Shown here: piece by piece, positions 1 to 7,964 of the stretch
How the letters are laid out: each line of letters opens with the position of its first letter
Position numbering within the stretch: the stretch's first letter is position 1
Source of the DNA: Candidatus Uhrbacteria bacterium
Lineage (GTDB): Bacteria; Patescibacteriota; Patescibacteriia; JACQSD01
NCBI GenBank assembly: GCA_016206165.1
Contig: JACQSD010000018.1
Location: 1-51,529, forward strand
DNA: 51,529 nt
Direction: 5' to 3'
The notes under the pieces: generated by a model
Told to the model about the DNA's origin: nothing
Database searches by the model: none
The model's input: the letters and a program-made list of their open reading frames with translations, nothing else
Translations under genes and position numbers: made by a program

Positions 1-26
1 CTATATCATCATGGACAAGAATGAGA

Positions 27-54
27 TTGGTAATTGGTAATTGGTAATTGGTAA
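27..54. repeat. tandem heptanucleotide repeat (TTGGTAA)x4
   Basis: Read directly: ttggtaa x4 at 27-54. It lies inside the minus-strand pth reading frame. Confidence 0.95.
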
Positions 55-58
55 TTAT

Positions 59-259
59 TTAAGCAGCTGCCTTTCCCGATTCATTCATATATGTTGTGGG
101 GAGTGCGAAAATGATGGCATCATGTTTTGCAATTTCGGCAAAGAGTTTCTTTTCAGCTTTCCAGTCCTTGGATAACGCACGCACAACCTCACGGCCCACG
201 TTATGCCGCGTACCCACATATTCCTCCCCTGGATTTCCAAGGCCAATGATGAGTTTCAT
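59..259 (-). CDS. pth: peptidyl-tRNA hydrolase, N-terminal 66 codons ending at an in-frame TAA; Pth-like sequence continues in the same frame to the window edge
   Basis: MKLIIGLGNPGEEYVGTRHNVG...TYMNESGK is a canonical Pth N-terminus. After TAA (59-61) the same frame reads IITNYQLPITNLILVHDDI, and LILVHDD matches the conserved Pth motif. Confidence 0.75.
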   Translation of the reverse strand: MKLIIGLGNPGEEYVGTRHNVGREVVRALSKDWKAEKKLFAEIAKHDAIIFALPTTYMNESGKAAA

Positions 260-266
260 GGTTTAT

Positions 267-340
267 GGATCGCGAAAATACGAATTAAATACGAACATAC
301 GAATTCGTGATTTCGTACAGTATTCGTACTTTCGCGATCC
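267..340 (-). repeat. 74-nt imperfect palindrome (long word-hairpin, putative terminator) between der stop and pth start
   Basis: GGATCGCGAAA..TACGAAT..TACGAA..GAATTC..TTCGTA..ATTCGTA..TTTCGCGATCC. The outer 11-bp arms are perfect and the center is GAATTC at 301-306. Confidence 0.7.
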
Positions 341-1806
341 TAGTGTTCTATTGTTCGTACGGTGAAGATAATGGGAGTCCCTAGAAAACCGAATCGTTCG
401 CGGAGGCGATTTTCCACAAACTTCATATACGATTTTCGCACTGTCCCTTTTTGTTTCCCGCGCTGCGTCATCACATTCGTCCACTCGGTGACGAGTTCAA
501 ACGTTGGTGGGCTTGCACTCTTTTGCTTCAAGCCATACACATGTGGCTTGCGCATTTTTTTATTCTTCGCAGAGGGGCGGTAGATCAGTCGTTTCATAAA
601 GTCGCGGAGTTCTGCTTCTGGGATCATCCGTTCACGTTCTCGCGCTGCCGCACGTGCTGCATCAAGTATACGCTCTACATTCCGTTTCGTCACGGCAGAA
701 ACGAAAAGAATCGGTGCCCACGAAAGGTGCGGGAAATGATTCCGTACGTACGCCGTATATTTTTTTACTGCATCCTCATTTTGCATTCTTAATTTCGCAT
801 TCTGCATTTGAAATAGGTCCCACTTATTTGCGACAATGATACACCCGACATTGCGGTCAATAATTTCTCGGGCGATGTGCATGTCTTGGCTCCCGAGTGC
901 TTCATGGCTTTCAATGACAAAGAGCGCAACATCGGTGCGTTCGAGTGCACGAAGCGAGAGCGTCACGCCAGCTTGTTCAAGCCCAGGATCAATGCGTGCA
1001 CCTTTGCGGATCCCCGCGGTATCAATGAGCATATACGATTGGTCGCGATATTGAAATTGTGTGTCGATCGGTTCGCGTGTCGTATGCGCGATCGGAGAAA
1101 CAATAACACGATCCTCGCCGAGGAGCGCGTTCATGAGCGAGGACTTTCCGACGTTTGGTCGCCCGATCAATGCGAGTCGGATTTGCTTTTCCTTCGGTGC
1201 TGCCAAATTTTTCGGCGATTTCCCCCCTTGTAATTTTGTGATAATAAGATCCAGCAAGTCGCCGGTTCCTGCACCGGTCACAGCAGAGACCGGAATTGGT
1301 TCCCCAAAGCCAAGCGACCAGAATTCATGGACATGATGCCTCCACTTTGGGGCATCGATTTTGTTCGCAACAAGGAGCACTGGTATGTTTATTTTTTGGA
1401 GCGCTCTTGCCCAGTTTTTTTCTTGCGGGAGGAGACCCTCTTTTCCGTCGACGAGAAAGAGAATGAGCGCTGCGCGGGGGAGTGCGAGTGCGGTTTGGAA
1501 TTCAATTTCTTTTGCGAATGGTTCTGATCCACGTTCATATCCCGGATCACCAGACAAACGCTGTCCGCGGCGCCTTTTCATGGGAAGTTTTTTTGCGTGT
1601 GCGAGATCAATGCCGCCGGTATCCATGAGTGTAAACTGTATATTGTCCCAGTGTACTGTTCCTTCGCGGCGGTCGCGGGTCGTACCGGCGATCGGCGAAA
1701 CAAGCGCACCGTGTGTGTGCGTCAGTTTGTTATAGAGTGTTGATTTCCCGACGTTTGTGCGTCCGACAAGGACGACCGTCGGGAGTGCGAGTGATTTTTC
1801 GATCAT
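340..1806 (-). CDS. der: ribosome-associated GTPase Der (EngA), two GTPase domains plus KH-like C-terminus
   Basis: Two P-loops (GRTNVGKST, GRPNVGKSS), DTGG/DTAG motifs, NKxD motifs (ANKID, ANKWD). Start placed at MIEKSL (ATG 1806) after AGGA; the ORF extends to 1845. The first G domain carries a ~40-aa basic insertion. Confidence 0.9.
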   Translation of the reverse strand: MIEKSLALPTVVLVGRTNVGKSTLYNKLTHTHGALVSPIAGTTRDRREGTVHWDNIQFTLMDTGGIDLAHAKKLPMKRRRGQRLSGDPGYERGSEPFAKEIEFQTALALPRAALILFLVDGKEGLLPQEKNWARALQKINIPVLLVANKIDAPKWRHHVHEFWSLGFGEPIPVSAVTGAGTGDLLDLIITKLQGGKSPKNLAAPKEKQIRLALIGRPNVGKSSLMNALLGEDRVIVSPIAHTTREPIDTQFQYRDQSYMLIDTAGIRKGARIDPGLEQAGVTLSLRALERTDVALFVIESHEALGSQDMHIAREIIDRNVGCIIVANKWDLFQMQNAKLRMQNEDAVKKYTAYVRNHFPHLSWAPILFVSAVTKRNVERILDAARAAARERERMIPEAELRDFMKRLIYRPSAKNKKMRKPHVYGLKQKSASPPTFELVTEWTNVMTQRGKQKGTVRKSYMKFVENRLRERFGFLGTPIIFTVRTIEH

Positions 1807-1837
1807 ACATCCTGAGACTGTAGCGGATCTTCCACCA

Positions 1838-1882
1838 TACATCACCTGGAGATGTATCTATTTTACATCTCCAGGTGATGTA
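1838..1882 (-). terminator. perfect 19-bp stem / 7-nt loop hairpin between the LCP gene stop and der start
   Basis: TACATCACCTGGAGATGTA tctattt TACATCTCCAGGTGATGTA. No clear U-tract follows, so it may act as a terminator, attenuator or processing site. Confidence 0.5.
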
Positions 1883-1891
1883 GTGGGTGAC

Positions 1892-3322
1892 CTATTCGTT
1901 ATCGTGTATCGCATGGTTCGGCCCAAGAATGATAATGAAATCTGCGGGAGATTGCAAGGGGTTTGCTTCGCGCAGCGCCCCGTCGTTGCGTGGAAGCGGA
2001 AGAATGCTCGTTTGCTCCCCGAAGAAGATATGGAGCGCGCTCACTGCATCTTCTTTTTTTCCATCCGTTTGGTCGATGATGAATGTTTCAGTAATTCGTT
2101 GGTCTGGAGCATTTGCTACATTTGTGATCGTAAATCCATTCTTTTTCAATGCATCAGCGACGGTTCGTGCGAGTCCTTCAATTTTCGTTCCATTGCGAAC
2201 ATCGAGCGTCGCGCTTATTTTCTTCCGAACCACGACTGGCTGAACATCAAAGATATTGGTGATGAGCGTGCGAATCTCATCAAAATTTCCTGTCCGTGGT
2301 TCGAGGAGAAATGCACCCTCGAAGTACGTTTCCGTGAGATACCCCTCGGCACTTGTATCAAGGACGATCGTATTGATTGTGCGCGTATCAATATTCTTCA
2401 TGAGTCGTGCAAATCGCACCATTTCTCCAAGGTTCATATTGATAATAACATTCTGTTCGAAGGTTTCGATGAGCGTGGAAATGACGGTGGGGCTGGTGAG
2501 TGTCCAAACAGAAAAAAGGCGATCCTTCACCGCCTCAATTATTTTTTGTTGACGACGTGCACGAGCAAAATCCGATCCCTCACCATTATTTCCGTGACGG
2601 GAACGAGCAAATTGAAGCGCGCGATTGCCGTCAAACCACTGCGGACCGGCATTGAACGTAAGAACTTGATATTTATAGTTTTCCGTTGGGTATCGTGTAT
2701 CAGTGAATGCACGGTCGACAGTAAGATACATGCCACCCATGGTATCGATGAGTTTTCGGAACGCTTCGAAATCAACACGGACGGTGTAGTGGATTGGTTG
2801 TTGCAAGAGTTTTTCTAATGCCGCGCTTACAAACGCAGCGCCATTCCCCGGATTTTCTAATTCCCCGAATGCGTTTGCGGTATTAATTTTTCTCCAGCCG
2901 TAATTTCCAAGGGGAACGACAAGGTCACGTGGGATCGAGAGGAGAAAAATTTGTTTTGTGGACGGACGGATCGATGCAAGGATAATGGTATCGGTGAGAT
3001 ACGGCCCCTCGTGACCAGCCCCACCCATGCCGAGGAGGAGCACATTGATTCGATCCTCTTTTTCTCCTTTGAGGGTAATTTCTCCACTTCGTGCAAGTGA
3101 GCGCAATACACGGAAGATGGGGATATTTGCAAATGGGAAGAACGTGTGTTCCGCAAAGATAATTTGGTAGCCAAAGGTGAGGAGAATGACAAAAAAAAGA
3201 CTGACCCCATAGACAAGGATCATCCGTTTTCGTTTATTGCGTGGAGTGGTGTGCTGCTCGCTCAATTCCTCGGGGGATTCTTCAGTAGGGACGAGATTGA
3301 CACGCGGTGGTTCGATGGGCAT
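1892..3322 (-). CDS. LytR/CpsA/Psr (LCP) family cell-envelope phosphotransferase with C-terminal LytR_C-like domain
   Basis: INVLLLGMGGAGHEGPYLTDTIILASI...LLSIPRDL is the LCP signature, and there is an N-terminal TM helix. Start set at MPIEPP (ATG 3322) because a promoter sits directly upstream; the ORF extends to 3421. Confidence 0.85.
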   Translation of the reverse strand: MPIEPPRVNLVPTEESPEELSEQHTTPRNKRKRMILVYGVSLFFVILLTFGYQIIFAEHTFFPFANIPIFRVLRSLARSGEITLKGEKEDRINVLLLGMGGAGHEGPYLTDTIILASIRPSTKQIFLLSIPRDLVVPLGNYGWRKINTANAFGELENPGNGAAFVSAALEKLLQQPIHYTVRVDFEAFRKLIDTMGGMYLTVDRAFTDTRYPTENYKYQVLTFNAGPQWFDGNRALQFARSRHGNNGEGSDFARARRQQKIIEAVKDRLFSVWTLTSPTVISTLIETFEQNVIINMNLGEMVRFARLMKNIDTRTINTIVLDTSAEGYLTETYFEGAFLLEPRTGNFDEIRTLITNIFDVQPVVVRKKISATLDVRNGTKIEGLARTVADALKKNGFTITNVANAPDQRITETFIIDQTDGKKEDAVSALHIFFGEQTSILPLPRNDGALREANPLQSPADFIIILGPNHAIHDNE

Positions 3323-3328
3323 AGCAAT

Positions 3329-3357
3329 AGTATACGGTGGAAGCGTGATATTGACAA
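3329..3357 (-). promoter_or_regulatory. sigma70-type promoter TTGTCA-17-TATACT, -10 box only 6 nt from the ATG (leaderless-type)
   Basis: Minus strand reads TTGTCA atatcacgcttccaccg TATACT attgct ATG. No Shine-Dalgarno sequence is present. Confidence 0.45.
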
Positions 3358-3546
3358 ACTTGCAGTATTTGATCTTTTTCTTTTTTATGGTATAGTCAAT
3401 GGAGAACGGTGGACATCCCATGCGTTGTTTTGTTTCAATGATATGGGCGTTTAGCTCCCGCCTCTCGCACCGCCGATCAAACCTCCGCTTCGCTCCGGCT
3501 CAGAGGCACCAGCATACGCGGCGGGCAGGCAGCTGGTTCGGTGTGC

Positions 3547-3623
3547 GGATGATTAGCTCAGATGGTTAGAGCGCTGTCCTCACACGACAGAGGTCGCTGG
3601 TTCGAATCCAGCATCATCCACCA
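3547..3623 (+). tRNA. tRNA-Val (anticodon CAC), canonical, CCA encoded
   Basis: GGATGAT TA GCTC AGATGGTTA GAGC G CTGTC CTCACAC GACAG AGGTC GCTGG TTCGAAT CCAGC ATCATCC A CCA. Confidence 0.93.
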
Positions 3624-3701
3624 GGTTCATTAAACAATACGAAAGCTCAGCTTCAGCCCCGGGCTGATCTCCTCCAAAGGCGGACAGGCGCCAGGGGCGG
3701 A

Positions 3702-3830
3702 GGTTAGAGCGCCCCGCCATGGCGGGGAGGTCGCTGGTTTCCGCGACGTCTTCGCGCGCGGACCCGCGCACCCGCGCAGGCCTCCGGCCATGTCGCGGGA
3801 TGTCGCGGGCGAATCCACCATCGTCCACCA
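3702..3830 (+). pseudogene. decayed tRNA-Val-like copy: shared D/T segments, palindromic tetraloop instead of an anticodon arm, 69-nt GC-rich insert in the T loop
   Basis: GGTTAGAGCGC and AGGTCGCTGGTT are identical to the tRNA at 3547. Between them lies CCCCGCCATGGCGGGG. The 3' end CGAATCCACCATCGTCCACCA (3810-3830) matches tRNA positions 3603-3623 at 19/21. Confidence 0.55.
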
Positions 3831-3839
3831 TCATTTATT

Positions 3840-4535
3840 ATGTTCTCATTCTTTCTCCCCAAAGCACAACCCGAAGCAGAGAATCCAGAGCCGGTTACGA
3901 AGGCGGAGGGCACGCTTGATTTTCTCTGGGAACTCATGAAGGTCGTGATTATTTCACTCGCGATTATTCTTCCGGTGCGCTATTTTCTTGTGCAGCCGTT
4001 TTATGTCAATGGTGCATCGATGGAGCCTACCTATTTTGAAAGCGATTATCTTATTGTCGATGAATTATCCTACCGATTCGAAGAGCCCGAGCGCGGCACA
4101 GTTATTATTTTTAAATGTTCGTCGCCCGCGTGTGGTGCAAGTAGGGGGTCGCACCTTATTAAACGTGTCGTCGGTCTTCCTGGCGAGCATCTTGAGCTCC
4201 GTCGCGGTCTTCTCTTCATTCAAAATGCCGCACGTCCGGAAGGATTTTATCTTGACGAGCGCCCGTATCTCACCCGCGGCATTTACGAACACGACGTTGT
4301 ATCGGTTGACCTTGGTTCAGATGAATATTTTGTGATGGGAGATAATCGGTGCGTGAGTTTTGCCTCCGAGGATTTTGGGCCAATCAAACGTTCGTGGATT
4401 GTCGGGCGTGCATGGATCCGCGGGTGGCCGTTTACAAAAGCAGGATTTATCGAGAGCCCGACGTATACGCTCCTGCCGCCAACCACCGATGAGGCGCCAT
4501 TACGAAAGCAAAACTGTATCGATTATTATCAATAG
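3840..4535 (+). CDS. lepB: signal peptidase I
   Basis: N-terminal TM helix, catalytic Ser box GASMEPTY, Lys box HLIKRVVGLPGE, and YFVMGDNR box. Confidence 0.9.
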   Translation: MFSFFLPKAQPEAENPEPVTKAEGTLDFLWELMKVVIISLAIILPVRYFLVQPFYVNGASMEPTYFESDYLIVDELSYRFEEPERGTVIIFKCSSPACGASRGSHLIKRVVGLPGEHLELRRGLLFIQNAARPEGFYLDERPYLTRGIYEHDVVSVDLGSDEYFVMGDNRCVSFASEDFGPIKRSWIVGRAWIRGWPFTKAGFIESPTYTLLPPTTDEAPLRKQNCIDYYQ

Positions 4536-4567
4536 GACCTCTACGACCAATAAGACCTATCCGACTT

Positions 4568-6100
4568 ATGAAACCGACAGAGAAACAACAAAAGGCACCA
4601 CCACCAACACCACCCCCTGCACCGCAGCGGAAGATTGAACGTGTGCAAGCAGTGCGGGGGATGAAAGATATTCTTCCACAAGAAGAGCGTTTGTGGACAT
4701 GGATCACGGGTCGTGCACGTGCACTTGCGCACGCATATGGATTTCAATTGATTGAACTCCCTATACTCGAGGCAACATCCTTGTTTGTACGCGCGGTCGG
4801 AAAGGACACGGATATTGTCGAGAAAGAAATGTTTTCATTTGAAGATCAGGGAGGAGATCGCTTAAGTCTTCGGCCAGAACCAACAGCAGGGATGGTCCGT
4901 TCATACATCGAGCATGGGATGGTGAATCAACCACAGCCGGTGCAGCTCTATACGATTGGACCGATGTTTCGTCATGAACGCCCACAAGCGGGACGCCTGC
5001 GACAGTTTTATCAATTCGACTGTGAGGTCTTTGGCGACGCGAGTCCGGTCATCGATGCCCAACTCATCATTCTTGCACATCATTTCTATAAGGAGCTTGG
5101 GCTTGAGACGATCGTCCACATGAATAGCGTCGGATGCCCGACATGCAGGCCCACGTATACGGAAGAGCTTGCGCGCTATTACAAAACACACCGGAAGTCG
5201 TTGTGTGAAGATTGTCAGCGACGCCTGTTAAAAAATCCACTGCGGCTTCTTGATTGTAAAGCAGAGGCGTGCCAACCAATCAAAACAGGAGCCCCACAGA
5301 TCCTCGATCGCCTCTGCGATCTCTGTAAGAATCATTTCATGAAGGTCCTTGAGTATCTCGATGATGCGGCGATTCCATACAGTTTACAGCCAGCGCTCGT
5401 CCGCGGGCTTGATTACTACACAAAAACCGTTTTTGAGTTTTTTTCGCCGATGCCAGACGGAACGCAAGGATTCGCACTTGGTGGTGGGGGCAGATATGAT
5501 GGGCTCGTGGAGTATTTTTCGCAGCGCCAATGTCCCGCTGCAGGGTTTGGCATTGGTCTTGAGCGCATCATGGCGGCCCTTCGTCAGCGCACGATCGATG
5601 CGCCAGCGAGTGAGCGGCCACACGTCTTTCTTGCACAACTTGGGGACGCAGCAAAACGACGCGCACTCCTTCTTTTTGAAGAGTGCCGCAAAGCGAACCT
5701 GCTCGTCCTTGCACAGTTCTCAAAAGATAACTTGAAGGCGCAGCTAGAAATTGCGCGACGCAACCATGTGCGCTACACACTCATTCTTGGTCAGAAAGAA
5801 GTGATGGAAGGTACAATTATTCTTCGTGATATGGATGGAGGAGCGCAAGAAGTAGTGAATGCAGAACGCATTGTTGCTGTCCTCCAAAAGAAAATTGCCG
5901 AAGCACCGATCATCGCTTCGGGAGCGACTGATGATACTCCGCATGATCGTTCGCTATCGTTTAAAGATGATCCAGAACTTGCCGAAGATGAAACCGAAGG
6001 AGATGCATTTGAACAGGTAAGCGACGGGAAGGATACAGTGAATCCGGATTTTGAAGAAAAAGGAGGTGACGACGGTGGAAGTGAAACGGAAACGGAATGA
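4568..6100 (+). CDS. hisS: histidine--tRNA ligase with Pro-rich N-terminal and long acidic C-terminal extensions
   Basis: VRGMKDILP, class II motifs (FRHERPQAGRLRQFYQFD, GGGGRYDGL), and an anticodon-binding domain. The tail reads ...DDPELAEDETEGD...GGDDGGSETETE. Confidence 0.92.
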   Translation: MKPTEKQQKAPPPTPPPAPQRKIERVQAVRGMKDILPQEERLWTWITGRARALAHAYGFQLIELPILEATSLFVRAVGKDTDIVEKEMFSFEDQGGDRLSLRPEPTAGMVRSYIEHGMVNQPQPVQLYTIGPMFRHERPQAGRLRQFYQFDCEVFGDASPVIDAQLIILAHHFYKELGLETIVHMNSVGCPTCRPTYTEELARYYKTHRKSLCEDCQRRLLKNPLRLLDCKAEACQPIKTGAPQILDRLCDLCKNHFMKVLEYLDDAAIPYSLQPALVRGLDYYTKTVFEFFSPMPDGTQGFALGGGGRYDGLVEYFSQRQCPAAGFGIGLERIMAALRQRTIDAPASERPHVFLAQLGDAAKRRALLLFEECRKANLLVLAQFSKDNLKAQLEIARRNHVRYTLILGQKEVMEGTIILRDMDGGAQEVVNAERIVAVLQKKIAEAPIIASGATDDTPHDRSLSFKDDPELAEDETEGDAFEQVSDGKDTVNPDFEEKGGDDGGSETETE

Positions 6101-6299
6101 AAGCTTTGAGAGTTTGTTGCGGCGGTTTAATCGGAGAATGCTCATGAGCGGACGCGCGTTGCAGGCAAAAAAAATTCGTTTTTTTCGACGTCCAAAGAAT
6201 GAAACGAAAAAACGCGCAGGAGCACTCCGACGGGTTGTCTTACAAAAACGAGCAGCATATCTTGAACGTATTGGGAAACTCGACGACATGATGAAGTAA
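6075..6299 (+). CDS. rpsU: 30S ribosomal protein bS21
   Basis: (M)EVKRKRNESFESLLRRFNRRMLMSGRALQAKKIRFF..P is S21-like. GTG at 6075 lies 8 nt after AGGAGGTGA, while the ORF opens at ATG 6051. It overlaps the hisS 3' end by 26-50 nt. Confidence 0.85.
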   Translation: MEVKRKRNESFESLLRRFNRRMLMSGRALQAKKIRFFRRPKNETKKRAGALRRVVLQKRAAYLERIGKLDDMMK

Positions 6300-6300
6300 A

Positions 6301-6368
6301 GACAGTAAAGGCAGTTTGTCAGTCTATCAGCTATCTTTACTGACTTTACTGGTATACTGGCTTACTAT
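6301..6368 (+). repeat. long word-hairpin repeat (GACAGTAAAG / CTTTACTGAC family), putative terminator after rpsU
   Basis: GACAGTAAAGGCAGT...CTTTACTGACTTTACTGG. Purine-rich arm comes first, then the pyrimidine-rich arm. Confidence 0.6.
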
Positions 6369-6380
6369 CAGGTGAGTTCC

Positions 6381-7931
6381 ATGCTTCTCACCAACAAACC
6401 CAATCAGCAAAAAAAACTATCGCGAGCACGACGTGCGGCGCAAATATTGTCGCTGTCTTTTTTTGTGTTCGTTTTTCCCTTCATTGCTTTTGCACAAACA
6501 ACTGGAGGAGGGCGAGGTTTTTTTATTGCAGGAATTATTTTCGGCATCATTGCGCTCATATTGTTTGGGGTTGTTGTATGGGCAATGGTGCAGTATCGGC
6601 GCTATACACCCGATGACCAGCGCAGTACACGAGCGCGCCTCATCCTTCTCGTGAGCGGCGGCGCAGCACTCATCTTTCTTATTCTTGCGCTCGTGTTCCT
6701 CATCATTGGGCGGAGAAAAAGTTCTGAGAGTACGAGTGGTGGGGGTAGAGGATCAACAATCCCAGAGCCGCCACGCCCGCCGCAGCTTCCAACGCGCGTC
6801 ATTGAAAGGCATACACCACGGCGTGATGAGCAAAATGTCGCACGGAATACATCACTCCTTATGACATTTCGTGAAGCAGTCGATCCCGTGAGTGTTCTTG
6901 ATACCAAGGGGACGGCTGACGTTTCCGACGACCGCATTCGTGGGGAAGCAATCACCCTTCGTCCGAAATCCGGCGGAGCTGCACTCGTGTTGCGAGGAAA
7001 ATTGTCAAACGGAAATCGTACTGTGCATGCAATTCCATTATCTCCACTCGGTGATCCTGCAACGCCTCTTACCTATATTGCGCAAATCACCGCATCTGTA
7101 CAAAAAAAGATTGGTGGGAGTGTATTTTCAGAAAACGGGGTTTATACATGGGAGTTTACAACCGGAAAAAGCCTCGATAGCACGCCGCCAACGATCGTGT
7201 CCATGATTCCAAGTGCAAAAGGAACGAGCGCACCGAATAGTGCAGTACACGTTGTCTTTTCAGAACCGATTGACCCGGCAACGCTTGATGTGACGAGCCA
7301 AGGATCCTCTGGGCTCACACTGATGCAGGATAAAAAACCTGTTCACGGGAGCTGGCTGCTCGGGGTCGACGGAAAAACAGCGGAATTTATCCCAACGGAA
7401 GAATGCGGAAAGAATACATGTGGAGCACCGATCCATTGTCTCCCGCGAGGGGCGCAGCTCTCATTCCTTGCAACTCCCGCAACGCTTGGCCCCACTCCAC
7501 CACAAGCGCGGTTTCCATACGATGGAATTGTTGATCTCGCCGGGAATAGCCTTGATGGAGATGGAGATGGAAAAGCAGAAGGGGCGGGAGATGTCTACCG
7601 ATCACTCTTTGCAACAATGAGCGCGATTGATTCTGTGGCGCCGACCATTATTGATGTGCGTCCGACGAGTGGGAGCACGAATGTTCCCGGGGCGACGCCC
7701 GTTGAGATCCTTTTCTCAAAACCAATGCTCACGACATCAATGACACGTGACTCGGTGTTCCTTGAAGGCGTTGAAGGAGAACTGCACTATCGATTTGATG
7801 ATCGCGACGGGCGAACGCGGGTGACCATTGAACACCCCCCGTTTGTTTCTGATCAGCTTGTCGCTCCCATTGTTTCTGGATCAGTCCAAGATCTTTCGCA
7901 AAATTGCTATCAACCGTGCACAGGACCGTAG
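6381..7931 (+). CDS. membrane-anchored surface protein with SbsA/Big_5-type Ig-like domains
   Basis: Two N-terminal hydrophobic helices. Repeated TPPTIVSMIPS...VHVVFSEPIDPATL and APTIIDVRPTSGSTNVPG...EILFSKPM modules. ATG 6381 lies 5 nt after GGTGA; the ORF opens at GTG 6372. Confidence 0.7.
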   Translation: MLLTNKPNQQKKLSRARRAAQILSLSFFVFVFPFIAFAQTTGGGRGFFIAGIIFGIIALILFGVVVWAMVQYRRYTPDDQRSTRARLILLVSGGAALIFLILALVFLIIGRRKSSESTSGGGRGSTIPEPPRPPQLPTRVIERHTPRRDEQNVARNTSLLMTFREAVDPVSVLDTKGTADVSDDRIRGEAITLRPKSGGAALVLRGKLSNGNRTVHAIPLSPLGDPATPLTYIAQITASVQKKIGGSVFSENGVYTWEFTTGKSLDSTPPTIVSMIPSAKGTSAPNSAVHVVFSEPIDPATLDVTSQGSSGLTLMQDKKPVHGSWLLGVDGKTAEFIPTEECGKNTCGAPIHCLPRGAQLSFLATPATLGPTPPQARFPYDGIVDLAGNSLDGDGDGKAEGAGDVYRSLFATMSAIDSVAPTIIDVRPTSGSTNVPGATPVEILFSKPMLTTSMTRDSVFLEGVEGELHYRFDDRDGRTRVTIEHPPFVSDQLVAPIVSGSVQDLSQNCYQPCTGP

Positions 7932-7964
7932 CCGAATTTCAAATTTGAAATTTCAAATTTTTTC

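Noticed and set aside
3599-3830. Integrated mobile element at tRNA-Val
   Set aside because: The 3'-end duplication is suggestive, but the intervening ~185 nt encode nothing and no integrase or excisionase exists anywhere in the window. It is reported only as a possible scar.
3580-3937. Several 60-85-aa ORFs on both strands in the GC-rich block after tRNA-Val
   Set aside because: Their Arg/Ala/Gly/Pro-rich composition reflects GC content. They overlap the tRNA and the tRNA-like remnants, and they have no start context.
7932-7964. AT-only palindrome AATTTCAAATTTGAAATT followed by a T-run between the two large surface genes
   Set aside because: The stem is 9 bp of A/T only and very weak. It is probably just a spacer with a minor attenuator effect at most.
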